In this document: in pieces, positions 34,080 to 43,204 of the stretch
Position numbering within the stretch: position 1 is the stretch's first letter
Layout of the letters: each line of letters starts with the position of its first letter
Source: Candidatus Woesearchaeota archaeon
GTDB lineage: Archaea > Nanobdellota > Nanobdellia > Woesearchaeales > 21-14-0-10-32-9
Assembly (NCBI GenBank): GCA_046543095.1
Contig: JBKHAC010000004.1
Coordinates: 1-58,897 of the forward strand
DNA length: 58,897 nucleotides
Direction: 5' to 3'
Translations under genes and position numbers: made by a program
Notes under the pieces: generated by a model
What the model saw: the letters and a program-made list of their open reading frames with translations, nothing else
Told to the model about the DNA's origin: nothing
The model's database searches: none

Positions 34080-35198
34080 ATGGAACCTAGATGTAAATAC
34101 TTCGGCGTGTGTGGTGGTTGTTCTAATCAGCACGTTCCGTATAGTGTTCAGCTTGAAAATAAGCGTAAGAATCTTGCAATTTTTACTAATTTTCCGGAGG
34201 ATGAAATAAGTGTAATTTCTGGTGATGATTTTAATTATCGTAATCGTATGGATTTTGTTTTTTCAAATAATAAAATTGGTTTTCGAAAAAAGGGTGTGTG
34301 GCATAGCGTGGTTGATATCGATGTGTGTCCTATTTCTAATGAGAAATTGAATTTATTACTCAGAGAAGTTCGGGATTTCTTTTTACCGTATAAGGCTGAT
34401 TTTTTTGATTTGAAATCTCAGGTTGGTCTTTTTCGTTATGCTGTAATTCGCACTCCATCTAATACGAGTTCTATCACTATTATTTTAAATGATGATTCTC
34501 CTGATAAATCTCGCGGCAGGGTGCTTGTTGAGAAATTTGCGGAAGTGACTAGTGCTGAGAATGTTCTTGTGGGTTATAATCATAAGCAGAGCGATGTTAG
34601 TGTGACGACTAATTTTGAGGTTTTGAAAGGCTCTGAATTTCTTGATGAAGAAATTCTTGGCAGAAAGTTAAGGTTTCACTCACAGGCTTTTTTTCAAAAT
34701 AACACCGAGATGGCTCGCGCTCTTGTGAGTGTTGTGCGAGGCATTTTGGAGCGTCAGAGGAATAATTGTAATTTGCTTGATTTGTATGGCGGTGTTGGGA
34801 CTTTTGGTGTTTGCTTAAGTGATTTGTTTCGTAAAGTTACAGTAGTTGAGTGCGTTGAGCCTGCAATCATTGCTGCTAAGAAAAATGCTGAATTAAACAA
34901 TATAACTAACCTTGATGGCTTTGTTCTTGATGCTCAGCAGATTAATCGTCTTAATTTATTGAAGCCTTTAAAAGTTATTACTGATCCTCCTCGTAGTGGT
35001 ATGACTCCGAAGGCTATTGAGCGTTTGCGTGCTCTTGGTGCAGATAGTATTATTTATGTTTCGTGTAATGCGCGTCAGCTTCAGCGTGAGCTTTCTAAAT
35101 TTAAAGAGTATGAGGTTAAATCAGTTTTTTTAGTTGATTTGTTTCCGCAGACTAATCATTTTGAAGCAGTTATTGAGCTTTGTAAAAAATATGTGTAA
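34080..35198 (+). CDS. RumA/RumB/TrmA-family RNA (uracil-5-)-methyltransferase with Fe-S cysteine cluster
   Basis: N-terminal CKYFGVCGGC plus DVCPIS cysteines. SAM motif LLDLYGGVGTFG, ITDPPRSG, and the catalytic region YVSCNARQL. Confidence 0.85.
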   Translation: MEPRCKYFGVCGGCSNQHVPYSVQLENKRKNLAIFTNFPEDEISVISGDDFNYRNRMDFVFSNNKIGFRKKGVWHSVVDIDVCPISNEKLNLLLREVRDFFLPYKADFFDLKSQVGLFRYAVIRTPSNTSSITIILNDDSPDKSRGRVLVEKFAEVTSAENVLVGYNHKQSDVSVTTNFEVLKGSEFLDEEILGRKLRFHSQAFFQNNTEMARALVSVVRGILERQRNNCNLLDLYGGVGTFGVCLSDLFRKVTVVECVEPAIIAAKKNAELNNITNLDGFVLDAQQINRLNLLKPLKVITDPPRSGMTPKAIERLRALGADSIIYVSCNARQLQRELSKFKEYEVKSVFLVDLFPQTNHFEAVIELCKKYV

Positions 35199-35250
35199 TG
35201 TTGTATTTTTTGTGTCGTTATTGTTTTTTAGTTGAATTTATTTTTAGGAT

Positions 35251-35955
35251 TTATTTTTTTATTTTGTATTTTATTATTACATATATTGCTCTAAATCCGT
35301 CTTTCCAGTTTATTTTTTTTCCGTCTATTTTTGTTCGTCCTTCGTATTTTATTGGTATTTCTTGTATTTTTATGTTTTTTATTCTCGCAATTTTTGCTGT
35401 TATTTCGGGTTCTATTCCAAAGCGGCTTTCTTCTAATTTGATTTTTTTTATTATTTTTGTTTCAAATAATTTATAGCAAGTTTCCATATCTGTTAATTTT
35501 AGTCCTGTCATCATATTTGAGAAATTTGTTAGTATTTTGTTGCCTAAGGTGTGGAATTTGAATGGTTGTTTGTTTTTGTTTATTTGTAAGAATCTTGATC
35601 CGTAAACAACATTTGCATTTCCCGTAATTAGAGGTTTTAATAATTTGTTATAATCATTTGGGTCATATTCTAGGTCTGCGTCTTGTATTATTATGTATTT
35701 TCCTGTTGCTTGTTTTATTCCTTTTTTTATTGCTGCTCCTTTTCCTTTATTTTCGTTATGTTTTTTTATTTTTATATTAAGTGTTGTGTTTTTTTTGAAT
35801 TCTTCTATTTTTTTTATGGTATCATCTTTTGATGCATCATCTATTATTATTATTTCTTTGTTTAGTGGTATTTTTGTTTGTTCTACTTTTTTTAATATTT
35901 TTTTTATTGTTTTTTGTTCATTATATGTGGGTATTATTATTGTTAGTGTTTCCAT
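35251..35955 (-). CDS. GT2 glycosyltransferase (dolichyl/polyprenyl-phosphate sugar synthase-like)
   Basis: IIIPTYNE, IIIDDASKDDT and IIQDADLEYDP. Confidence 0.8.
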   Translation of the reverse strand: METLTIIIPTYNEQKTIKKILKKVEQTKIPLNKEIIIIDDASKDDTIKKIEEFKKNTTLNIKIKKHNENKGKGAAIKKGIKQATGKYIIIQDADLEYDPNDYNKLLKPLITGNANVVYGSRFLQINKNKQPFKFHTLGNKILTNFSNMMTGLKLTDMETCYKLFETKIIKKIKLEESRFGIEPEITAKIARIKNIKIQEIPIKYEGRTKIDGKKINWKDGFRAIYVIIKYKIKK

Positions 35956-35964
35956 GTTTTTTCA

Positions 35965-37524
35965 TCACCATGTCTCTCTATTTTGGTCTAATTTAAATCC
36001 TTGAAGATTTAGGAGGTTGCAAGTTTTTTCTGCAAATCCATATTTTTCAAATAAAATAAAACAAGGATTTGTATTTATTGATATATTTTTTGTATTTTGA
36101 ATATGAGTTTGTAGTTCTATTAAATAGCTATTTGTGTATTTTGTTTTTTGTGTGCAATTTTGATTGCCTAGTATAATTATATTTTCATTTTCATAAATTA
36201 TTGGTAGATGGTTCATTATTGTTCTGTTTTGTGTATATTCTGGTTCGTTTGTTTTTTTGTATAATGCAATTATTGTTCCTTCGTTAATTGTTTGGTTTAA
36301 TTGTTGTTGTCTTGGTGAAGGTTTTGTTGCAACATTTATATAATTTAATTGAGGCCAGTTGTTTGAGGCAAGTTGGCAATGTGTTAAGTTTAATTGTTCT
36401 AGTTGTTTCTTTGTTTGTTCGTATTGGGTTTGTGTTTCTCTATTTGTTAAATCATATATTGAATACCCTAAGCTAATTATAAACATACTTATTATTAAGA
36501 TTGTTTTTAATTTTGTTTTGGCTTTGTTTGTTATTTTTGATTTTGTTTTTATTAAGTCTGATAATTTATTTAGTCCTATGTAGCTGTAGTATATTGTTGG
36601 AAATGTCATTAGAAAAAGGTATCTTGAATATTTATGGGGTGTTGTTATATATGCTTGTATGACTAGTATTAATATGGTAATCATTATTAGTTCTTGTTTA
36701 TTTTCTTTTAGGTATTTTTTTAGTTGTTTTAATCTTATTTTTTTTATTATTTGATTTATTGTTATGAAAATCCCTATCAATATTAAAGGTAATAAAATGT
36801 TTATGGTTTCTAGGAAGTGTTGTATTTGTATTGGTTGTGTTTGTTCTCTTGCAAGTATGTTTAGTGCGTATTGATTCGCTATGCTTTGAAATAGATTTCC
36901 ATATTCTATTAGATTATAAATTAACCAAGTTAGAATTATTATAGAATACAATATTATGCTTTTTATTATTTTTTTTATATTATAATGAAATATTAACAAA
37001 GGTGCCATTGCAATTGTAGTATATCTTGTAAGACTCATTAGGCCTAAGTATATTCCTGATGTCTCTTTATTTTTTAGTATTTGTGTTGTTGTTATTATTA
37101 AAAGTGTTAATGCTAAAAGTTCTGTTCCTACTGATAATCCTTGTGTTAGTACATATGCATTTAGGCCTAAGGCGTATAAAACGAATGGTTCGTATTTTAA
37201 TTTCTTTGCGAATTTGTATATTGCGTACGCGTATAATATTGAAGTTGATATTATGAATATTAATTCAGCTATTTTTAATCCTGTGATTAGACTTATTATT
37301 CCTATTATTATAGAGATTAGTGGGGGTCTTCCTATTTCGCTGTAATAGCTGTCTTGGAATATTTCTTTTGCATTTAGCACATATACTGACAAATCCCAGC
37401 TAGTTGTTGTTTGGTTTTCTATTATGAAATAGCTTGTTGATATTAGTAATAGAATTAAAAATAAAATATTGGTTTTGGTGAATTTTTTTATTTTTAATAA
37501 GTAAGATGTTTTTTTTGAGTTCAT
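35965..37524 (-). CDS. Polytopic membrane glycosyltransferase (GT-C fold, ArnT/PMT-like) with soluble C-terminal domain
   Basis: More than 10 predicted TM helices in the first ~330 aa, followed by a hydrophilic C-terminal domain. The GT-C family assignment is tentative. Confidence 0.5.
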   Translation of the reverse strand: MNSKKTSYLLKIKKFTKTNILFLILLLISTSYFIIENQTTTSWDLSVYVLNAKEIFQDSYYSEIGRPPLISIIIGIISLITGLKIAELIFIISTSILYAYAIYKFAKKLKYEPFVLYALGLNAYVLTQGLSVGTELLALTLLIITTTQILKNKETSGIYLGLMSLTRYTTIAMAPLLIFHYNIKKIIKSIILYSIIILTWLIYNLIEYGNLFQSIANQYALNILAREQTQPIQIQHFLETINILLPLILIGIFITINQIIKKIRLKQLKKYLKENKQELIMITILILVIQAYITTPHKYSRYLFLMTFPTIYYSYIGLNKLSDLIKTKSKITNKAKTKLKTILIISMFIISLGYSIYDLTNRETQTQYEQTKKQLEQLNLTHCQLASNNWPQLNYINVATKPSPRQQQLNQTINEGTIIALYKKTNEPEYTQNRTIMNHLPIIYENENIIILGNQNCTQKTKYTNSYLIELQTHIQNTKNISINTNPCFILFEKYGFAEKTCNLLNLQGFKLDQNRETW

Positions 37525-37554
37525 TTTTTTGTTCTATCTTCTTCATGCAAGTGT

Positions 37555-38199
37555 TTAATTTAAAACAGCTCTTATTTTTTCTTCATTAGATATCCCTTCT
37601 AATTTTAAATCGTAGTTTATAATTAGTGCAGGTAAGTTTTGTATTTTGTAGTATTCATAGAAGTAGTATATATGGTTTGTGTATCCGTAGTCCATTGGCA
37701 GTATTGCCACATTTTCTGTTTCTAGTATTTTTTCGAGTATTAATCCTTGTTTTTTTGCATCTTCTGGTTTTTTTCCGTCAAAAAAGAATAAAATTACATC
37801 CTTTTCATAATTGCAGTTTTCTCTGTATTGTTTTAGTTTTGAGTAGAATATTACTTGGTTTATATTGTGTTTTTGTTTTAGTAATTCGTATTTTGGTGTG
37901 TCTAATTGGTCTTCTTGTTCCATTTCATCGAGAGTTATTCCGCTATCATACATTTTGTTGTTTAATTGTTCTATAAATGTTTCGTCGCAACTATTTATTT
38001 CGAAAGCTTCGGCAAATAATAAATATTCTCTAAAGCTTCTAAGGTCTAGGTTTAAGTTTTCAAGTTCTAATTCTAATTCTGTTTGTGTTGTTCTAGTTGT
38101 TATATATCCTAGTAGTGTGCCTAGTATGAATGCGATTAATATTAAAAGAAGTGTTAGTTTGTATCTTTTTTTATTTTTATTGAATACTTTATTAGTCAT
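37555..38199 (-). CDS. Membrane-anchored protein, paralog of 39456..40130
   Basis: Single N-terminal TM; conserved Cys pair and a FFFDG..QGLILE block shared with the paralog. I set the start at the ATG that overlaps the upstream TGA (ATGA) instead of the listed TTG at 38214. Confidence 0.5.
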   Translation of the reverse strand: MTNKVFNKNKKRYKLTLLLILIAFILGTLLGYITTRTTQTELELELENLNLDLRSFREYLLFAEAFEINSCDETFIEQLNNKMYDSGITLDEMEQEDQLDTPKYELLKQKHNINQVIFYSKLKQYRENCNYEKDVILFFFDGKKPEDAKKQGLILEKILETENVAILPMDYGYTNHIYYFYEYYKIQNLPALIINYDLKLEGISNEEKIRAVLN

Positions 38200-39455
38200 T
38201 TTTTTGTTCCCCAATCATATTTTTTTCCTTTTAGCTCTAAATATATGCTCTTTGGTATTATATATACGTAAATGTAGTTATATATCATTATATATAAAAA
38301 TAGTGCAATTATTTTTTTTGGTAAATTTTTTGTGAAGAAATTTGATTCGTAAAATTTTATTGTTGTTCTCACCATGAATAGTGTTATTATTAAAAGCAAT
38401 AATATTGGCATAATTATTGTTATATCTGTTGTTAATAAATAGTCTTGTATTGGTTTAATTTCGAACCAGACTATTACATCGGGTGTGTAGATTAGTTTGA
38501 ATAAAAATTGAGTTATTGCTTTGTATATATTGTATGAGAGTATTGTAATGCCTATAAATAGCATCATTAGCCCAAATACTGTTATTGGGAATTCGTATAA
38601 TCCGAATAGTCCGTGTTTTTTGTTAAAATGTATGTCTTTATGTTTGATGTGTGTTCTGAAAAATCCTCTAAACCATCTGATTCTTTGGTTTATTATTTGG
38701 TTTAGAGTATTTGGTGTTTTTGTATATGCTAGACTTTCATGTGCGTAGTCTATTAAATAGCCGTTTTTTTTTAATCTTACGCCTAACTCGAAGTCTTCAG
38801 TTAGGTTTTTTGTATCAAATCCGCCTATTTTTTTAATTATATATGTTTTATATGCGCTTAGCACTCCTGGTGCTATGTGTAGAAATCTGAGGCTTGCCGA
38901 TAGTGCTCTCATCAATCCCACTATTAAATATTCTATTACTTGTATTCGTTCATATACATTTGTATCTTCATTTTCTGGTTTTAATTTGCTCATCACTGCA
39001 CCTACAGGTTCTCCTCGGTCCATATAGAAGTGTGTCATTAATTTTTTTAAGCTTTTTTTATCTACTACGCTATCAGCATCTAGTACTGCGAAGTATTCGG
39101 TTTTTACTTGTTTTAGTGCGTAGTTCATAGCGTTTGCTTTGCCTTGATTTTTTGGGAGTTGTATTAATTTTATTGTATCTTCAATTAGATATTTTTTAGC
39201 GATTTCGGCGGTTTTATCCTTTGATGCGTCATCTATTATTATTATGTGTACTTTCCCCGGATAATCTAAGTTTTTTGCGCTCTCAATTGTTCTTTGTATG
39301 CCTTGTTCTTCATTATATGCTGGTATTAATATTGTAACTTCTGGGTATTCCTTGATATTTTTTGGTTTGTATTCTGATTTGATGAGTGTTATTACATAAA
39401 ACGTTATTATGAATAAACTTATGAGTATTATTGTTTTGACAATTAGTTCTATCAT
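38196..39455 (-). CDS. Processive GT2 polysaccharide synthase (cellulose/chitin/hyaluronan-synthase-like)
   Basis: PAYNEE, IIDDASKD, LDADS, the QxxRW motif (NQRIRWFRG), and flanking N- and C-terminal TM helices. Confidence 0.75.
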   Translation of the reverse strand: MIELIVKTIILISLFIITFYVITLIKSEYKPKNIKEYPEVTILIPAYNEEQGIQRTIESAKNLDYPGKVHIIIIDDASKDKTAEIAKKYLIEDTIKLIQLPKNQGKANAMNYALKQVKTEYFAVLDADSVVDKKSLKKLMTHFYMDRGEPVGAVMSKLKPENEDTNVYERIQVIEYLIVGLMRALSASLRFLHIAPGVLSAYKTYIIKKIGGFDTKNLTEDFELGVRLKKNGYLIDYAHESLAYTKTPNTLNQIINQRIRWFRGFFRTHIKHKDIHFNKKHGLFGLYEFPITVFGLMMLFIGITILSYNIYKAITQFLFKLIYTPDVIVWFEIKPIQDYLLTTDITIIMPILLLLIITLFMVRTTIKFYESNFFTKNLPKKIIALFLYIMIYNYIYVYIIPKSIYLELKGKKYDWGTKK

Positions 39456-40130
39456 TTAGTTGTTCCTCATTTTGTTAAATTCTGATGTGAGTTTTGCAAG
39501 TGATGTTTGTCCTTCTTCGCTATTTGAATAATTTCCTAATATTATTGTGTTGTGTTTTGTTATATTATAACGAGTCATTAATGCATTTACTATGAATTCT
39601 TCTTTGAAATTTATATCTATTGTATAAGTTATTATTTCATCTTTGTGATTTAGTAAAAATTGTTGTAAAATTAGTGCTTGTTCGTTAAATCCTGTGATTT
39701 CTCCATCTATGAAATATAGTACAAAGTATATTTTTTGTTCGCAGTTTTCATTATGTATTTGTAATTTGTTTAGATTTTCTGCTTGGGCTATTAAATATTC
39801 TCTTTTTTTTATTTCGTGATTTTTTTCATTAATTTTTAGCATTCTATTTTTATATGAGTTTATGTCTATTCCTAGTTCTCTTAATTTCTTATAGTCTTCA
39901 GTTATTAATTCTCTGCTAAATTCGCAGTTTTCTAGTCCCATTGAATGGTAGAAGCTCTTTGATGCTGCGTATGATTCATATCTTATATTTTGTGTTTGTA
40001 TCTTTAAATCTAGTGAATTTATTCGCCAAATATCCATTATGTATGTTGTGCTCATAATTATTGCATATATTATTAATATTAGTATTGTTGTTTCTACAAA
40101 TATTAATTTTCTTGATTTCTTAGTTAGCAT
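39456..40130 (-). CDS. Membrane-anchored protein, paralog of 37555..38199
   Basis: Single N-terminal TM, conserved Cys pair, and a YFIDG..QALILQ block. The gene ends immediately before the synthase start. Confidence 0.5.
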   Translation of the reverse strand: MLTKKSRKLIFVETTILILIIYAIIMSTTYIMDIWRINSLDLKIQTQNIRYESYAASKSFYHSMGLENCEFSRELITEDYKKLRELGIDINSYKNRMLKINEKNHEIKKREYLIAQAENLNKLQIHNENCEQKIYFVLYFIDGEITGFNEQALILQQFLLNHKDEIITYTIDINFKEEFIVNALMTRYNITKHNTIILGNYSNSEEGQTSLAKLTSEFNKMRNN

Positions 40131-40179
40131 TTTTTGAGTATACCTTGTTTTTTTAAATATTTATTTTTTTTTAAATATT

Positions 40180-40324
40180 GGCTCTGTCCCAAATAGTTGT
40201 TTTTTGTATACTGCCTAGCAAACCACTCAAACTAAACATTGGTTTTTATAGACTCGGATTTGAAATCTGGTGAACATTGTTCGGTTTGCGCAGTATACAA
40301 TTTATTGTTATTTGGGACAGAGCC
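40180..40324 (+). mobile_element. 145-bp MITE, copy 1
   Basis: Terminal inverted repeats GGCTCTGTCCCAAATA / TATTTGGGACAGAGCC plus an inner TTGTATACTG / CAGTATACAA pairing. Flanked by a perfect 8-bp direct duplication, TAAATATT (40172-40179 and 40325-40332). Confidence 0.8.
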
Positions 40325-40334
40325 TAAATATTTA

Positions 40335-40748
40335 TTACTTATTTTTTTGTTTCTCGTTAAATATAATGTTATTATATAATATATAAGTTATTATTGAAAA
40401 TGTTAATATTATTGTTGCTTTTATTATAATTAAGTAGTTTATTCCTATGAGGGGTGTTATGTTTTTGATTATTGTTTCTTGGATTGCTGATATGGTTAGT
40501 GTATATATTGTAAATATTGCCAGTCTTTGTTTGTGTTTGTTTTTTGTTTTAAATGTTATTTTGGTGTGCATGTAAAAATTATATATTAAATTTGTGGCTG
40601 TTCCTATTATTGATGCTATATAAAAGTTTTGAGGTTTTAATATTAATTGTAATAATCCTGTAACTATTAAATTTATCAATACACCTGTAGCGCCTATAAA
40701 GAAGAATTTGGTGTATTTTTTTGTAATTATTTTTTTTAAATATGTCAT
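40335..40748 (-). CDS. GtrA-like small membrane protein (glycan/lipid-linked sugar translocation family)
   Basis: 137 aa with 4 TM helices and a FFIGATGVLINL start typical of the GtrA family. Confidence 0.65.
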   Translation of the reverse strand: MTYLKKIITKKYTKFFFIGATGVLINLIVTGLLQLILKPQNFYIASIIGTATNLIYNFYMHTKITFKTKNKHKQRLAIFTIYTLTISAIQETIIKNITPLIGINYLIIIKATIILTFSIITYILYNNIIFNEKQKNK

Positions 40749-41165
40749 ATGTGCTCACTTAAAGCTTGGGTCGCTATATTTCTTAGTTTATTAATCTTAT
40801 TAAACTAGGATTTTTAGGTTGAATCTTGGCTTTGCACTCTGTAATATTGTTTGTTTTTTAAAGATATTTATTTTTTATGGAGGTGTAATTAGCACATAAG
40901 AGTTCTTTGTTCATAGGTGCAAGTATAGTGGTGGATTTGGTTTTAATACGTGAAATAATGCTCTTTGCGTGTCTTTGCTATGCAAGTACTATTTTTTTGT
41001 ATATTTTTTTGGAGCTCAGAAATTGTTTTAAGAATAATTGTAGAAAATTTAATAAAATATTTTTAATAATTGTTTAATCTTTGCGAATTATGTGGATAAA
41101 TTACTCTCTGATATGCGTCTTATAACATAAAAAAAGAAAGAGTTTAAGAAAAAAAGAAAAAAGTT

Positions 41166-42986
41166 TTAGTATTCGCATCCTGATATTTTTGCGAGGTTGT
41201 TTAGGTTTTGGTAGCCTTCGTGTAGTTTTCCGTTAATTTGCCATGTTGGCCATGTTGGGAATTCTTTGTTTAGTGTGTTTTTGCATTCGGTTATTTTTGG
41301 GTTTATACCTTCAGGGTCGCATTCTATTATTTTTAGGTGTTCGGCGTATTCTCCGAATATTTCTTTTTGGTCTTGGCTGTGCGGGCTCCAGAATACTGTG
41401 TATACTTTTGCATTCATATCTGAGAGGCATTTTGCAAGTCTTAGTGCTTTTGTATCTTCGTCTTCTAGGATTATTGGTTCTGTGTATGTTATTTCTGTAT
41501 TTTCTTGTGTTTGTTCTTCTTGAATATTAGTTGTTTCATTTTCTGTTAATTCTTGTGTGTCTTCAAGTGCGTTTTCTGTTATATTTGTGGTGTTTTCGAT
41601 TGTTTCTTTTATGTCTTCGTCTATTTCTTCAATTATATCTTCTGCATCCTCAGTTATATTTTCTATTTTATCTGTTAATTTTTGTGTGGTGTTTTGGGTT
41701 TTATTATCTATTTCTTGTATTGTGTTGTTAATTTTTTGACCTATTATTGGTTCGTCTTGTGTTTGTTGTTCTGTGTATTTTTCTATTGTTGCGTTTGCTC
41801 TGAGTTGTTCTAGTAATATAATGTATTGTTCTTCTGATTTTTGTTTTTCAAGTTGTGCTTCGACTATTTCTTGAACATCTTCAAATGAGCTTATTCCTGC
41901 ATTTATTTTTTCTTTTTTTAGTAGTACGTGGTATCCGAATGTTGTTTTTACTATCGCGGTTTCATTTTCGTTTAATTCAAAGCTTTTATTTGTTAAATTA
42001 TCTTCGTATTGGTTTTGTTTTTCAAATATGTATTCTCCGCATGTTTGGATTGTGTTTAAGTCGTTGGTGTGTTCTTGGACGAGTTCGCAGAAATTTGTTT
42101 GGTTGTCATGTATCATATCTTTTATTTCTTGTGCTTTTGCGAGTGTTTCTTCCTCTGTTTTGTTTTCGAAGTTTATTTGTATGTGTCTAATTCTTGCAAG
42201 TTCATCGTGGACAAATAATTGAGGATTTTTTTCGTAGTAATCTCTTAGCTCTGCTTCTGTTAATTCTGTGTTTGTTTCTTGTTCTATTAATTTACCTGCT
42301 ATCATTTCTTTTTTTATTATTGTTCTGAGTATTTTTGTGTTAAGTTCTAAATCTTCAAAGAATTCAGTTAATTCTGTTTGTGTGAGTCCTCCGCTAAGTG
42401 CCATTTGGTTGAATATTTCATCTATTTCATCTTCTGTTACACTTATATTTTGTTTTTTTGCTTCTCTGTATAATAGCTCTATATCTGTTGATAAATCTAT
42501 TGCTTGTTCATCTGTTATTGGCATTCCATTTATTAGTCTGAGCCATTGTGCTCTTGTTTGTATTTCATCTTGATGTAGTGCCTCGCCATTTATTAGGACT
42601 GATACTCTCTGTTCTGTTATTTCTTCCTCTGGCATTGTTAATCTCACTATTAGTATTATTGCTATTGCAAGGAGTATTAATCCTATTAGTAAATATATTA
42701 TTTTATTTGAATTTTGTTTTTTTGGTTTTGTTTTTTTAATGTTTGTGTTTACTTTTTTTGTTTTAGTTGTCTTTTTTGCTGTTTGTGTTTTAGTTGCCTT
42801 TGTTGTTTTTTTGGTTACTTTTGTGTTTTGTGATATTTTTTTCTCTGCAGGTATTTGTTTTTTTTCTGCGATTGTGCTCTCTTGTATGTTTTTTTCTTCT
42901 TTAGGAAGTCCTGGTACGTCTTTTCCGTTTGGAGATACGTTTATTTTATCAAGATCTATATATTCGTCTTCTTTCATGAAATTCAC
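41166..42986 (-). CDS. Membrane-anchored parvulin-type peptidyl-prolyl isomerase with acidic linker and C-terminal VKOR-type thioredoxin-like domain (CxxC replaced by SxxS)
   Basis: K-rich N-terminus, one TM, a SurA-N-like helical region, and a PpiC region (RIRHIQINF..GYHVLLKKE). C-terminus: FWSPHSQDQKEIFG..ECDPEG..EC..FPTWPTWQING..LAKISG. Confidence 0.65.
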   Translation of the reverse strand: MNFMKEDEYIDLDKINVSPNGKDVPGLPKEEKNIQESTIAEKKQIPAEKKISQNTKVTKKTTKATKTQTAKKTTKTKKVNTNIKKTKPKKQNSNKIIYLLIGLILLAIAIILIVRLTMPEEEITEQRVSVLINGEALHQDEIQTRAQWLRLINGMPITDEQAIDLSTDIELLYREAKKQNISVTEDEIDEIFNQMALSGGLTQTELTEFFEDLELNTKILRTIIKKEMIAGKLIEQETNTELTEAELRDYYEKNPQLFVHDELARIRHIQINFENKTEEETLAKAQEIKDMIHDNQTNFCELVQEHTNDLNTIQTCGEYIFEKQNQYEDNLTNKSFELNENETAIVKTTFGYHVLLKKEKINAGISSFEDVQEIVEAQLEKQKSEEQYIILLEQLRANATIEKYTEQQTQDEPIIGQKINNTIQEIDNKTQNTTQKLTDKIENITEDAEDIIEEIDEDIKETIENTTNITENALEDTQELTENETTNIQEEQTQENTEITYTEPIILEDEDTKALRLAKCLSDMNAKVYTVFWSPHSQDQKEIFGEYAEHLKIIECDPEGINPKITECKNTLNKEFPTWPTWQINGKLHEGYQNLNNLAKISGCEY

Positions 42987-43204
42987 CCTCTAACTTTTAA
43001 GTTATTTATTTTATTTTTTTAATCAGTCATAATAGATTAATATTCCATTATTCATCTTAGTGAGAGTTCTCTTTTTTTAAAATTATCGTTTTTATTTTTA
43101 TTTTATAATAGTAACACTGGCTTTTGATTCGTGTTTTTTCGTTAATTTAAAGAAAAAGTATATAAAGCATAATTCTTTTTTAATTTTATTGAAGGTGGTT
43201 ATTT

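Noticed and set aside
35198-35476. 92-aa + strand ORF overlapping the 3' end of the GT2 gene, and the 43186-43494 - strand ORF overlapping pcn.
   Set aside because: These are shadow ORFs of well-supported genes, with Phe/Ile-rich nonsense composition.
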